Shown one piece after another: positions 17,450 through 26,244 of a DNA stretch of 48,294 bases. The position numbers were made by a program, and so were the translations under genes. This stretch comes from Parcubacteria group bacterium (GTDB lineage: Bacteria > Patescibacteriota > Minisyncoccia > Phycocordibacterales > CALRHW01), in the NCBI GenBank assembly GCA_039740835.1, contig JBCLGW010000002.1:1-48294 (forward strand). Direction: 5' to 3'. Under the pieces are notes generated by a model that saw only the letters and a program-made list of their open reading frames with translations, ran no database searches and was not told the origin of the DNA. Position 1 is the stretch's first letter; each line of letters opens with the position of its first letter.

Positions 17450-18880
17450 ATGCCAATTCGTCTAACCTACAACAATAAGTTTGAAGCAAACAAGTGGCTT
17501 GTGGCTGCACGCTGGTTTTATGCACCGGCTATTTTTTTCATAGGACTTCTTTCAAAACTCGATCCACTCGGCAACAATTTCTTTCCAGTTACAACAATGA
17601 TGTTTTTGTTTTTCTCTTTTATTCTTGTAAATTTAGGGTTTTGGAAAATGTTGCGAAATATTGAGCTTCGCAACGACACAAAGTCGGTAGACAAACTCGC
17701 GCTATGGCAAATATTTTATGAGCTCGTATTCTTTTTAATAATTTTGCATTTTTCTGGTGGAGATCAAAGCATTGCGCGGATTTTCTTTTTTATTCCGATA
17801 GTTTCCTCAATAGTTCTTTTTGATGTTATTGGTTCTTTGGTAATAGCTTTTATTTCCACTATTTTTGTAAACGGTATTCTGGCTTTGGATTATTGGGGAT
17901 ATTTAAAAAATATTTACGGTTACACTGGTAGCGGAAGTTTTAGCTACGAAGAATTTTTATTCCGCCTAAGTTCCGCAGTGACATACTCCGCCGTATTTTT
18001 TATCGTCGGCGCACTCTCTGGATATCTTTCTTCTGTTATAAAAAGACGAGAAGCACAGCTCATTGAGGGCAAACGTAAAGCCCAGCTACAGTCCGAGCGA
18101 CTGCGTCTTTTAAATAATGAATACAACAGCTATGCGCGTATGCTCGTGCGAAAAGATTTGGAGCTTCGCAAAGAAAACGAAAAAATCACACAGTTTGATA
18201 AAGAAAAGCTGGAGTTTGTTTCTACTGTGGCTCATCAGCTCCGCACACCAATTTCTGCAATAAAGTGGACGCTTGATATTTTGCTAAAAGAAGATGCGGG
18301 GACTTTATCTAGTGAACAGAAAGCTCTTGTGATGAAAGCATATGAAAGCAACGAACGCATTATAAACCTCATAAAGGATATGCTCGGTGTAGACCGTATT
18401 GAGTCTGGCAGTGTTGATTTCTCTTTTATGGAAATAAATTTTTCTGATTTGATAAAAAACATCACCGCAGAATTTCAATCTCAGATAGATCTAAAGGGAA
18501 TAAAGCTCACTGTAAACATAGATCCAGAATTACCAAAGGTGCCTGTTGATCCGCAAAAAATGCGCGCTGTCTTCCAGAATCTTATTGAAAACGCTATAAA
18601 ATATACCAACGACGAGATTACTATTGATCTAAAAAAAGACGGGGAAATGGCTAGAATAATTGTGCGAGACAATGGTATCGGTATTCCACAAACACAACAC
18701 AATGATATTTTTAAACGCTTTTTCAGAGCCAACAATGTAACAAAGCGCGATCCAGATGGTTCAGGGCTCGGTCTTTTTATAGTGCGTTCTATTTTGCGCA
18801 GACACGGTGGAGATATTTCTTTTGAAAGTGAGGAGGGTAAAGGCACGACATTTAACTTAACAGTGCCATTGCGACGCTAG
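17450..18880 (+). CDS. sensor histidine kinase with a multi-TM N-terminal region
   Basis: H-box STVAHQLRTPISAI, N-box QNLIENAIKYT, and G-boxes DNGIGIP / GSGLGL. The N-terminus has about 5-6 hydrophobic helices. Confidence 0.9.
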   Translation: MPIRLTYNNKFEANKWLVAARWFYAPAIFFIGLLSKLDPLGNNFFPVTTMMFLFFSFILVNLGFWKMLRNIELRNDTKSVDKLALWQIFYELVFFLIILHFSGGDQSIARIFFFIPIVSSIVLFDVIGSLVIAFISTIFVNGILALDYWGYLKNIYGYTGSGSFSYEEFLFRLSSAVTYSAVFFIVGALSGYLSSVIKRREAQLIEGKRKAQLQSERLRLLNNEYNSYARMLVRKDLELRKENEKITQFDKEKLEFVSTVAHQLRTPISAIKWTLDILLKEDAGTLSSEQKALVMKAYESNERIINLIKDMLGVDRIESGSVDFSFMEINFSDLIKNITAEFQSQIDLKGIKLTVNIDPELPKVPVDPQKMRAVFQNLIENAIKYTNDEITIDLKKDGEMARIIVRDNGIGIPQTQHNDIFKRFFRANNVTKRDPDGSGLGLFIVRSILRRHGGDISFESEEGKGTTFNLTVPLRR

Positions 18881-18910
18881 CCTTATTATTATACAATTAA
18901 GAGTAATACT

Positions 18911-19690
18911 ATGACCAAGATTCTTATCATCGAGCAGGACGTCTTTTTCGGGGACATGCTCAGTCAAAGAATAAAAAAAGATGGCTTTGATACATTGGTT
19001 ATTAGCAACGGCGTTGTGGCGCTCGAGCAAATGCACTTGTACAAACCAGATTTGATTTTGCTGGATATGGAGATTACAAATACCGACCCTAGAAAAATTT
19101 TGGAGGGAAAACAGTCGGACAAAGATTTAAAAGACATTCCAACAATAATAATCTCTCCCTCCGGTGATTTGAATGAAATACGACAGATTGTGGATTTGGG
19201 GGTCAAAGATTATCTTGTAAAGTCCCAACTCAATTTAGATGATCTCATTACAAAAATTCGAGGATATTTGATAAACACAAAACAGTCTGATGGTGAAGAT
19301 GGTGCGCTCGTCGGTAAAAAAGTAATGTGGGTGGAGGACGATCAGTTTTTAAGCGACCTCATTTCCCGCAAACTCTCCAAACAAGGATGCAAACTTTTAT
19401 ACGCTCGTACCGGTGAAGATGCTCTCAAAATTTTGGAAACAGAAGTTCCCGACATTATTTTAATAGATATTTTACTTCCCGGAATAAGTGGTTTTGATGT
19501 CTTTGAACACATGAAGTCGGTGCCTCAGCTCAAAGATGTTCCAGTGATTATTCTTTCAAACCTCTCTCAACAAAGTCAGATAGACAGAGCAAAACAGCTC
19601 GGTGCGTCAAGATTTTTAATAAAAGCTACTATTGTGCTCGACGATTTAGTAAAAGAGATTATCACAGTTCTTGACGGTGTAAAAATATAA
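18911..19690 (+). CDS. response regulator with two tandem receiver domains and no output domain
   Basis: REC1 is ILIIEQD...LILLDMEI...KDYLVKS. REC2 is VMWVEDD...IILIDILLPGISGF...ILSN...FLIKAT. No DNA-binding or enzymatic domain follows. Confidence 0.85.
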   Translation: MTKILIIEQDVFFGDMLSQRIKKDGFDTLVISNGVVALEQMHLYKPDLILLDMEITNTDPRKILEGKQSDKDLKDIPTIIISPSGDLNEIRQIVDLGVKDYLVKSQLNLDDLITKIRGYLINTKQSDGEDGALVGKKVMWVEDDQFLSDLISRKLSKQGCKLLYARTGEDALKILETEVPDIILIDILLPGISGFDVFEHMKSVPQLKDVPVIILSNLSQQSQIDRAKQLGASRFLIKATIVLDDLVKEIITVLDGVKI

Positions 19691-19732
19691 TTGTGCATTT
19701 GGGCGATTGTTGATATAGTGCTTTTGTATAAA

Positions 19733-19755
19733 CCCCCTAGTCTTTGACTGGGGGG
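19733..19755 (+). promoter_or_regulatory. GC hairpin abutting the uvrA start region
   Basis: CCCCCTAGTC-TTT-GACTGGGGGG ends 2 nt before the ATG at 19758 and 11 nt before the ATG at 19767. The G-run could also serve as the ribosome-binding site. Confidence 0.35.
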
Positions 19756-19757
19756 CT

Positions 19758-22373
19758 ATGCCACATATGTCACCAGAAGAAAAAAACAAAAAGGATTTGA
19801 TAATAGTACGGGGGGCTCGGACTCACAACCTCAAAAATATCACTGTTGAAATACCGCGCAACACAATGACGGTTTTTACTGGCTTGTCTGGGTCGGGCAA
19901 ATCATCTCTCGCTTTTGATACGATTTTTGCCGAAGGTCAGCGTAGGTACGTGGAGTCGCTTTCTTCGTATGCGCGACAGTTTTTACGACAAATGCAAAAG
20001 CCAGATGTAGACGAAATCGTTGGACTTTCTCCAGCTATTTCTATAGACCAAAAATCTCGCTCTTCAAACCCGCGTTCAACTGTCGCAACAATCACAGAAA
20101 TCTATGATTATTTGCGTATTTTATACTCTCGTATTGGCCGACCATATTGTCTTGTTTGTGGACATGAGATAGAGCGACTTTCAAACGAAGAAATAAAAAA
20201 TTTTATTCTAGAAAAAATAGAAGCGAAACAAAAAGAGATAAGTATCAAAAAACTTGGTCTACCTATATATGTAGAAATGTTTTCTCCATTGGTGCGTGGT
20301 AGAAAAGGCGAATATTACCAGCTTTTATATGATTTGCTAGGAAAGGGATATGGAGAGGTGCTTGTTGATGGTGTACGCAAAAAACTTCGCGACCAAATAA
20401 TTTTGTCAAAAAATAAAAAGCACAATATTGACGTGATGGTTGACCAGATAAATATTGTTGATTTCAAAGAAAATAAAAAAGATGCGCTGGAGCGTCTCAG
20501 TGAAGGCCTAGAAAAGGCACTCGAAGAGTCGGACGGTTTGGTAAGAATAGTTTTTAGAGATATGTCTGTGGCTGAAGACCCAAAAAATCGCGAAGAGTTT
20601 TTGATGTCTTCAAAATTTTCTTGTCCTCGCGATGGATATTCATATCCAGAAATAGAGCCGAGACTTTTTTCTTTCAATTCTCCTTATGGGGCTTGTCCAG
20701 AGTGCAACGGTCTAGGAACAATGCATTTTTTCGGCAAAGAATCCTGCGCAAAATGTAAGGGCGCGCGCCTACGAGAAGAAGCTCTGCACGTATTTATCGG
20801 TGGAAAAAATATTGTGGAATATGTTGATATGTCTATCAGTGACGCCGATAGTTTTATAAAAAAACTAAAACTCACATCTCGCGAAAAAAGCATTTCAAAA
20901 TTAGTGATAAAAGAAATAGAATCTCGCCTGCAGTTTATGATAAATGTGGGTATTGAGTATTTGTCACTTAGTCGTCGCGCGAACACTCTCTCTGGCGGTG
21001 AAGCTCAGCGTATTAGACTTGCTTCTCAGCTCGGCTCGGGTCTTGTGGGCGCTCTTTATGTGCTAGATGAGCCAACCATCGGTCTGCATTCTCGCGACAA
21101 CAATCGCCTCATTGCGACACTTCTTTTACTGCGCGATCTCGGCAACACTATTATAGTGGTCGAGCATGACGAAGACACTATTTATTCTGCTGACTATATT
21201 GTAGATATTGGTCCGGGCGCTGGTGTGCATGGCGGACATATCGTTGTTTCTGGATACTTGGATAAATTACTTACAGCAAAGAAAAATGACAGTGGCTCTG
21301 TAACACTAGATTATTTACGCGGAGATAAAGTAATAAAGACACCAGAAAAAAGACGCGACGCACCAAAAGGTGAGCTGATGATTCGCGGTGGAAAAATATT
21401 TAATATAAAAAATCTAAATATAGATATTCCTCTCGGACGGCTTGTGGCTATTACTGGAGTTTCTGGTTCTGGAAAGTCTACTTTTATGTATGAGATTATT
21501 CATAAAAATCTGCAGGCGAGGTTTGATAGACGATATCGCTCTGCAGATGTTTACAATTGTGGGTCTTTCAAAGGCACAGAATATCTCGGTCGCTCAATAC
21601 TTATAGACCAGTCACCGATAGGTCGTACTCCGCGTTCAAATCCCGCGACATACACAGGTGCTTTTACATTTGTTAGAGAGCTTTTTGCCGAAAGTGCCGA
21701 AGCGCGCGTGCGTGGCTGGAAAGCAAATCGTTTTTCTTTCAATGTAAAGGGCGGACGATGCGAAACATGTCAGGGCAACGGAATGATTGAAGTTGAAATG
21801 CATTTTTTGCCGACTGTATATGTGCCTTGTGATGTTTGTAACGGAAAAAGATTTACAAAAGAAACTCTAGAAGTAAAGTACAAGAAAAAAAGTATTTATG
21901 ATGTGCTCTGTATGAATGTAGAAGAGGCGCTCGTATTTTTTGAAGATATTCCAGCGATTTATGACCGTTTAAAAACAATGGACGATGTGGGTCTAGGATA
22001 TCTTGGGCTCGGACAATCTGCGACGACTCTTTCTGGGGGTGAAGCTCAGCGCGTAAAGATTTCTTCTGAGCTTTATCGTCCACATGTGCAAAAAACAATT
22101 TATCTTTTGGATGAGCCGACCATCGGTCTGCATTATGAAGATGTAAAAAAACTCATTGAAATTTTGCAAAAGCTTGTAAATAAAGGAAATACAGTGATGG
22201 TCATAGAGCATAACGTAGATATTATAAAAAATGCTGATTTTGTTATTGATATTGGTCCAGAAGGCGGACAGGGTGGCGGGCAAATAGTCGCAAAAGGTAC
22301 TCCAGAAGAAGTCGCAAATAATCCAAAATCTTACACCGGTGTTTATTTAAAAAAGGCGTTGAAAAAGGGTTAG
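19758..22373 (+). CDS. uvrA: excinuclease ABC subunit A
   Basis: Two ABC modules ([18 protein letters not shown]; LSGGEAQR twice) and zinc modules CxxC...CxxC. The N-terminus has [12 protein letters not shown]. Confidence 0.95.
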   Translation: MPHMSPEEKNKKDLIIVRGARTHNLKNITVEIPRNTMTVFTGLSGSGKSSLAFDTIFAEGQRRYVESLSSYARQFLRQMQKPDVDEIVGLSPAISIDQKSRSSNPRSTVATITEIYDYLRILYSRIGRPYCLVCGHEIERLSNEEIKNFILEKIEAKQKEISIKKLGLPIYVEMFSPLVRGRKGEYYQLLYDLLGKGYGEVLVDGVRKKLRDQIILSKNKKHNIDVMVDQINIVDFKENKKDALERLSEGLEKALEESDGLVRIVFRDMSVAEDPKNREEFLMSSKFSCPRDGYSYPEIEPRLFSFNSPYGACPECNGLGTMHFFGKESCAKCKGARLREEALHVFIGGKNIVEYVDMSISDADSFIKKLKLTSREKSISKLVIKEIESRLQFMINVGIEYLSLSRRANTLSGGEAQRIRLASQLGSGLVGALYVLDEPTIGLHSRDNNRLIATLLLLRDLGNTIIVVEHDEDTIYSADYIVDIGPGAGVHGGHIVVSGYLDKLLTAKKNDSGSVTLDYLRGDKVIKTPEKRRDAPKGELMIRGGKIFNIKNLNIDIPLGRLVAITGVSGSGKSTFMYEIIHKNLQARFDRRYRSADVYNCGSFKGTEYLGRSILIDQSPIGRTPRSNPATYTGAFTFVRELFAESAEARVRGWKANRFSFNVKGGRCETCQGNGMIEVEMHFLPTVYVPCDVCNGKRFTKETLEVKYKKKSIYDVLCMNVEEALVFFEDIPAIYDRLKTMDDVGLGYLGLGQSATTLSGGEAQRVKISSELYRPHVQKTIYLLDEPTIGLHYEDVKKLIEILQKLVNKGNTVMVIEHNVDIIKNADFVIDIGPEGGQGGGQIVAKGTPEEVANNPKSYTGVYLKKALKKG

Positions 22374-22444
22374 GTTAAAGGGTTAGACTAAAAAAAGCAA
22401 AGAAAAGCGTAAAGCGTAAAGAGCAAAGATCAAAGAGCAAATCA

Positions 22445-23719
22445 ATGAATAAAGCTGATATTACAAAAAAACTTCCAACAGCTCCGGGCGTTTACTTTTT
22501 TAAAGACGCGCGGGAAAAAGTTTTGTATGTTGGAAAGGCTACTTCACTTCGCGATCGCGTGCAAAGTTATTTTAGTGCCGATATAACAAAAACTCGTGGC
22601 CCACTCATCCAAAAAATGCTCTCTCTATTTTCGCATGTTGATTTTATAAAAACAGACTCAGTCCTTGAGGCCATTATTTTAGAAGCGAATCTTATAAAAA
22701 AGTTTGACCCGCAGTACAACTCAAAAGAAAAAGACAACAAAAGTTTCAATTACGTTATTTTTACAAAAGATGATTTTCCGCAAGTGCGAGTAATGCGCGG
22801 ACGCACTCTAGCTACAGCTTTTCCAAAAGAAAATATAAAATATGTTTTTGGGCCGTTTCCGCATGGCACTGTGCTAAAAGAAGCGATAAATATCGTCCGT
22901 AAAATTTTCCCATTTACAGATAAAAAGTGCGTGCCGGCGAGTGTGCAAATAAAAAAAGGCCCGCCAAAACCCTGTTTCAACAGACAAATAGGCCTTTGTC
23001 CGGGAGTTTGTACTGGAGAAGTAACAAAGAAAGATTACGCAAAGATGGTCAATCATCTGAAGTTGTTTTTTGAGGCAAAAAAGCCAGCCCTTTTACAAAC
23101 TCTTCAAAAAGAGATGAAAAGTCTGGCAAAAACGCGCGAGTTTGAAAAAGCTGGTGAAATAAAAAAGACAATTTTCGCTTTAGGTCATATTCAAGATATT
23201 GCATTACTCAAAAACACAAAGGACAGAGACTTTCTCCGTAGCACAATCAATGGCACAATTTTACCAGACCAAAAATCTTTTCGCATAGAAGCATATGATG
23301 TTTCGCATTTACATGGTTCAAACATGGTCGGTGTAATGGTCGCGATAGTAGACGGCCAAGCAGAAAAATCCGAGTATAGAAAATTTAAAATAAAATTTAA
23401 TACAGGTATTAATGATATTTCAGCGCTAAAAGAAATATTGCGTCGCCGACTTGGGCATGCAGAGTGGACACTGCCAAACCTTGTTGTGGTAGATGGAGCG
23501 CAAGCCCAGAGTAATGCCGCAAAAGAAATACTCAAAGAACTCGGTTTTGCAATAGACGTTGTATCAGTCGTAAAAGATGCTCAGCACAAAGCCCGCGCTA
23601 TTATTGGCGAAAAAAGTCTAGTTTTAAAACACCGTCGCGACATACTTCTCGCCAACGCCGAGTCTCACCGTTTTGCTATCAAATATCATAGAGCTGTTAG
23701 ACAAAACAATATTTTCTAA
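22445..23719 (+). CDS. uvrC: excinuclease ABC subunit C, short form (424 aa)
   Basis: GIY-YIG (GVYFFKDAREKVLYVGKA), a UVR-like helix pair (EFEKAGEIKKTIFAL), and the start of the RNase-H-like endonuclease domain (IEAYDVSHLHG). The ORF ends with no visible helix-hairpin-helix tail. Confidence 0.85.
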   Translation: MNKADITKKLPTAPGVYFFKDAREKVLYVGKATSLRDRVQSYFSADITKTRGPLIQKMLSLFSHVDFIKTDSVLEAIILEANLIKKFDPQYNSKEKDNKSFNYVIFTKDDFPQVRVMRGRTLATAFPKENIKYVFGPFPHGTVLKEAINIVRKIFPFTDKKCVPASVQIKKGPPKPCFNRQIGLCPGVCTGEVTKKDYAKMVNHLKLFFEAKKPALLQTLQKEMKSLAKTREFEKAGEIKKTIFALGHIQDIALLKNTKDRDFLRSTINGTILPDQKSFRIEAYDVSHLHGSNMVGVMVAIVDGQAEKSEYRKFKIKFNTGINDISALKEILRRRLGHAEWTLPNLVVVDGAQAQSNAAKEILKELGFAIDVVSVVKDAQHKARAIIGEKSLVLKHRRDILLANAESHRFAIKYHRAVRQNNIF

Positions 23720-23746
23720 AAAATACTAGAGTGATATACTAAAACC

Positions 23747-24685
23747 ATGAACAGCCCTAAAACAAAAATAAGAGTTGGGGTGTTGCGTGGCGGACCGTCC
23801 GACGAATACGAAGTTTCTCTCAAAACTGGTAGCAACATTCTCAAAGCTATGCCCGAGCACTATCACGCTCGCGATATTTTTATAGACAAAAAAGGTGATT
23901 GGCATTTAGACGGAATTGTAAAAAAACCAAACGCTATCATCCGCCACTTTGATGTTATTTTCAACGCACTTCACGGAAACTATGGCGAAGATGGAAAAGT
24001 TCAAAAACTTTTAGATGACCATGGTGTGCCATACACTGGCTCTGGTGCACTTGCGTCTGCTATTGGAATGAACAAATATTTATCAAAAAATGTTTATCGA
24101 GAAAACGGTTTGAAAACTCCGCATTATGAGCTCATTCGTCGCACCGACAATTCTCAGTCAATGATGTTTGGCGTGTATGCAAACTTACGCAAACCTCTAG
24201 TAGTAAAGCCAGCGACTTCAGGGTCATCGCTAGGAGTAACAGTAAACATCACCGATTTTGAACCTTTTTTGAAAGCGACAGAAGAAGCTTTCAAGTTTTC
24301 TGATTCTGTGTTGGTTGAAGAATTTATTCTAGGTAGGGAAGCGACCTGTGCTGTGATAGACAGCGCAAAAACAAAAGGTCACGCCTATGCGCTTGCTCCG
24401 ATAGAAATAATCAAGCCCCAAGAAATCTGCCCCGGTAATTTTACTGAAAAAGAAACAAAAGAAATACAAGAAATGGCGATAAAAGCACACAAAGTACTCG
24501 GCCTGCGTCACTATTCTCGCTCTGATTTTATGGTCACCGACAAAGAAATTTATATTTTAGAAACAAATACTTTACCGGGTCTCACAGCAGAATCACTTTT
24601 GCCAAAGGCGCTTAAAGTCGCGAATTGTTCCACCTCTGATTTTATAGACCACGTCATTATTTTGGCGATGGGTAATAAGCTTTAG
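23747..24685 (+). CDS. ddl: D-alanine--D-alanine ligase
   Basis: ATP-grasp layout: VGVLRGGPSDEYEVSL, HGNYGEDGKVQ, the SGSSLGV loop, and SRSDFMV...ILETNTLPGLT. Confidence 0.9.
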   Translation: MNSPKTKIRVGVLRGGPSDEYEVSLKTGSNILKAMPEHYHARDIFIDKKGDWHLDGIVKKPNAIIRHFDVIFNALHGNYGEDGKVQKLLDDHGVPYTGSGALASAIGMNKYLSKNVYRENGLKTPHYELIRRTDNSQSMMFGVYANLRKPLVVKPATSGSSLGVTVNITDFEPFLKATEEAFKFSDSVLVEEFILGREATCAVIDSAKTKGHAYALAPIEIIKPQEICPGNFTEKETKEIQEMAIKAHKVLGLRHYSRSDFMVTDKEIYILETNTLPGLTAESLLPKALKVANCSTSDFIDHVIILAMGNKL

Positions 24686-24731
24686 GTTTCTATGCAGTTT
24701 CTTGATTTTATACAGCTTTTTGCCTATAATT
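24611..24731 (+). repeat. direct repeat copy 1 (authentic ddl 3' end plus downstream promoter)
   Basis: This 121 nt is nearly identical to 25778-25898. I count about 6 substitutions by eye. Confidence 0.9.
24702..24730 (+). promoter_or_regulatory. sigma70-like promoter (copy 1) upstream of the PG-binding gene
   Basis: TTGATT, a 17-nt spacer, then TATAAT. Confidence 0.6.
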
Positions 24732-24778
24732 AATCCATCTATAATAATTGAAAATTATTAATAAAACTGGAAAAGAAA

Positions 24779-25750
24779 ATGTTCAATATTAAAAAAATTA
24801 TGTTTAAAAATTCAAAATCTGCAAAAGTTTTTGCAGGAGTTGTGGGATTCGCAATGGTAGTAGCTGCTTTTGGTGCAGTTGTTGCTCCTGTAAAGGCGCA
24901 AGTAACTAGCCCAACTGACCTAGCTTCTCTTATTGCTCTTATCGCTTCTCTGGAAGCTCAAATCGCAGCATTACAAGGTGTATCTCCATCTGTAAGAATG
25001 ACAGGTTCAGTTCCAACAGCTCCTCTTACAATGGGTAGCTCAGGTGCTGAAGTTACAAAGCTACAAGATTTACTTATTTGGGAAGGGTTCGGACCAGCAG
25101 CTGGCGCGACTGGCTACTTTGGTCCACAGACAAAGGCAGCTCTTATGGCTTACCAAGCAGCAAACGGAATTTCTCCAGCTGTTGGTTACTACGGTTCAGT
25201 AACAGCGGCTAAGATTGCTTCTATGCTTGCGGGACTCGCTTTAGCAAACCCGGCTTGGAAAATGTATCAAAATGAGAAGTATATGTTTGAAGTAAACTAT
25301 CCGATCAATTTGCAATTCAGCACCGCTTTAAATGTTGGCATGTGGGGAGGCGGTATTCCAGCAACCGACGAATCACGGTGGACAATTTTTGATCCACTAC
25401 AGTTTGGGGTGTCTGAAATTGTGGGATTAAAGGAACCAATACGTTTTTCAGCCCAGCCAGAAAAGAATTTCATTGGTTATGAGAATTTGATAAATTTTAA
25501 GCGTCAGGGTTCGCGCGATAAAATTACTCCCTTCACGCTCGGAGATGCAAAAGGATTTATTAATCATAGCGACCTTTTTTCTACTAGAGAGGCGATGATG
25601 ATATGGAAGAGTGGCTATGTGTTCCTGTTCCCGCTTGAATTTGGATATGTACTTGTTCCTGATTTATGCGGGCAGGATTGCCAGACGGCATACAATAATC
25701 TAAGTTTAACAGCTCAGCATATTATCTCAACTTTTAAATTTATTCGATAA
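24779..25750 (+). CDS. secreted protein with a peptidoglycan-binding (PG_binding_1-type) domain
   Basis: Signal or anchor segment AKVFAGVVGFAMVVAAFGAVVAPVKA. PGB-like SSGAEVTKLQDLL...GYFGPQTKAALMAYQAANGI. The C-terminal 170 aa or so are unassigned. Confidence 0.8.
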   Translation: MFNIKKIMFKNSKSAKVFAGVVGFAMVVAAFGAVVAPVKAQVTSPTDLASLIALIASLEAQIAALQGVSPSVRMTGSVPTAPLTMGSSGAEVTKLQDLLIWEGFGPAAGATGYFGPQTKAALMAYQAANGISPAVGYYGSVTAAKIASMLAGLALANPAWKMYQNEKYMFEVNYPINLQFSTALNVGMWGGGIPATDESRWTIFDPLQFGVSEIVGLKEPIRFSAQPEKNFIGYENLINFKRQGSRDKITPFTLGDAKGFINHSDLFSTREAMMIWKSGYVFLFPLEFGYVLVPDLCGQDCQTAYNNLSLTAQHIISTFKFIR

Positions 25751-25777
25751 GGGTCAAAGGAATTTTCTTTAGGTATA

Positions 25778-25898
25778 CTTAAAGTCGCGAATTGTTCCAC
25801 CTCTGATTTTATAGACCACGTCATTATTTTGGCTATGAGCAACAAGCTTTAGGTTTCTGTACAGTTTCTTGATTTTATACAGCTTTTTGCCTATAATT
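25778..25898 (+). repeat. direct repeat copy 2 (orphan ddl 3'-end fragment plus promoter)
   Basis: Encodes a remnant of the last ~24 Ddl codons (LKVANCSTSDFIDHVIILAMSNKL-stop) with no upstream gene body, followed by the same promoter. Confidence 0.9.
25869..25897 (+). promoter_or_regulatory. sigma70-like promoter (copy 2) upstream of tRNA-Ala
   Basis: TTGATT, a 17-nt spacer, then TATAAT, about 40 nt upstream of the tRNA 5' end. Confidence 0.6.
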
Positions 25899-25938
25899 GA
25901 AAATCGTTGGTAAGAGTTGATAAGAGTAAGAGAGTAGC

Positions 25939-26014
25939 GGGCCCTTAGCTTAGTTGGTAGAGCGCCTCATTTGCAATGAGGAGGTCATCGGTTCGAATCC
26001 GATAGGGTCCACCA
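25939..26014 (+). tRNA. tRNA-Ala (anticodon UGC), CCA encoded
   Basis: Hand-folded cloverleaf. The acceptor is GGGCCCT/AGGGTCC with the G3:U70 alanine identity pair. The anticodon arm is CCTCA-TTTGCAA-TGAGG and the T arm is ATCGG-TTCGAAT-CCGAT. Ends in ACCA. Confidence 0.95.
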
Positions 26015-26097
26015 AACGAAACGTTTGCGAAATTAGAAATGCGGAAGAGGCAAAGTAAAAACTATTTTTGCGGGAGGAAAGGATTTTGCTTTGCCTC

Positions 26098-26195
26098 GGC
26101 TCTTTTTGTTGGTGGGATTTTGTATCCGTCGCGCAGGAGGGTGCGGGAGGAATGCGCGACGAATTCGTTTCTGGTTTTTCGCTGGATTTTTCGGC
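26098..26195 (-). repeat. inverted-repeat copy A of a ~100-nt element, possibly extending to about 26041
   Basis: The reverse complement (GCCGAAAAATCCAGCGAAAAACCAG...) aligns with 29323-29426 at about three quarters of positions by eye. It contains the hairpin GTCGCGCA(26128-26135)/TGCGCGAC(26153-26160). Confidence 0.75.
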
Positions 26196-26244
26196 CAAAT
26201 TATGGGAATATATCAATATAAGTTAAAAATAATAAAAAAGAAAA

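Noticed and set aside
22396-22444. Possible CRISPR or other spaced-repeat array; the whole window was also scanned by eye for arrays
   Set aside because: Only 7-nt purine heptads without spacers are present here. No 25-40-nt repeats with regular unique spacers were seen anywhere in the window.
24611-25898. Possible diversity-generating retroelement template/variable repeat pair
   Set aside because: The few mismatches between the 121-bp copies are not adenine-specific, the repeats are non-coding or a gene tail, and there is no reverse transcriptase in the window.
26047-26110. Possible terminator of tRNA-Ala (GAGGCAAAG…CTTTGCCTC followed by GGCTCTTTTT), and a CsrB-like GGA-loop sRNA reading of 26040-26200
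   Set aside because: The stem encloses a 33-nt loop, which is atypical for a terminator. The GGA-in-loop reading only holds for one orientation of a repeat that also occurs inverted at 29323-29426. I kept it as part of the repeat-element finding rather than as a separate RNA gene.
25950-26216. 88-aa minus-strand ORF
   Set aside because: It runs antisense through tRNA-Ala and through the repeat element. Its openness comes from local GC richness, and there is no RBS.
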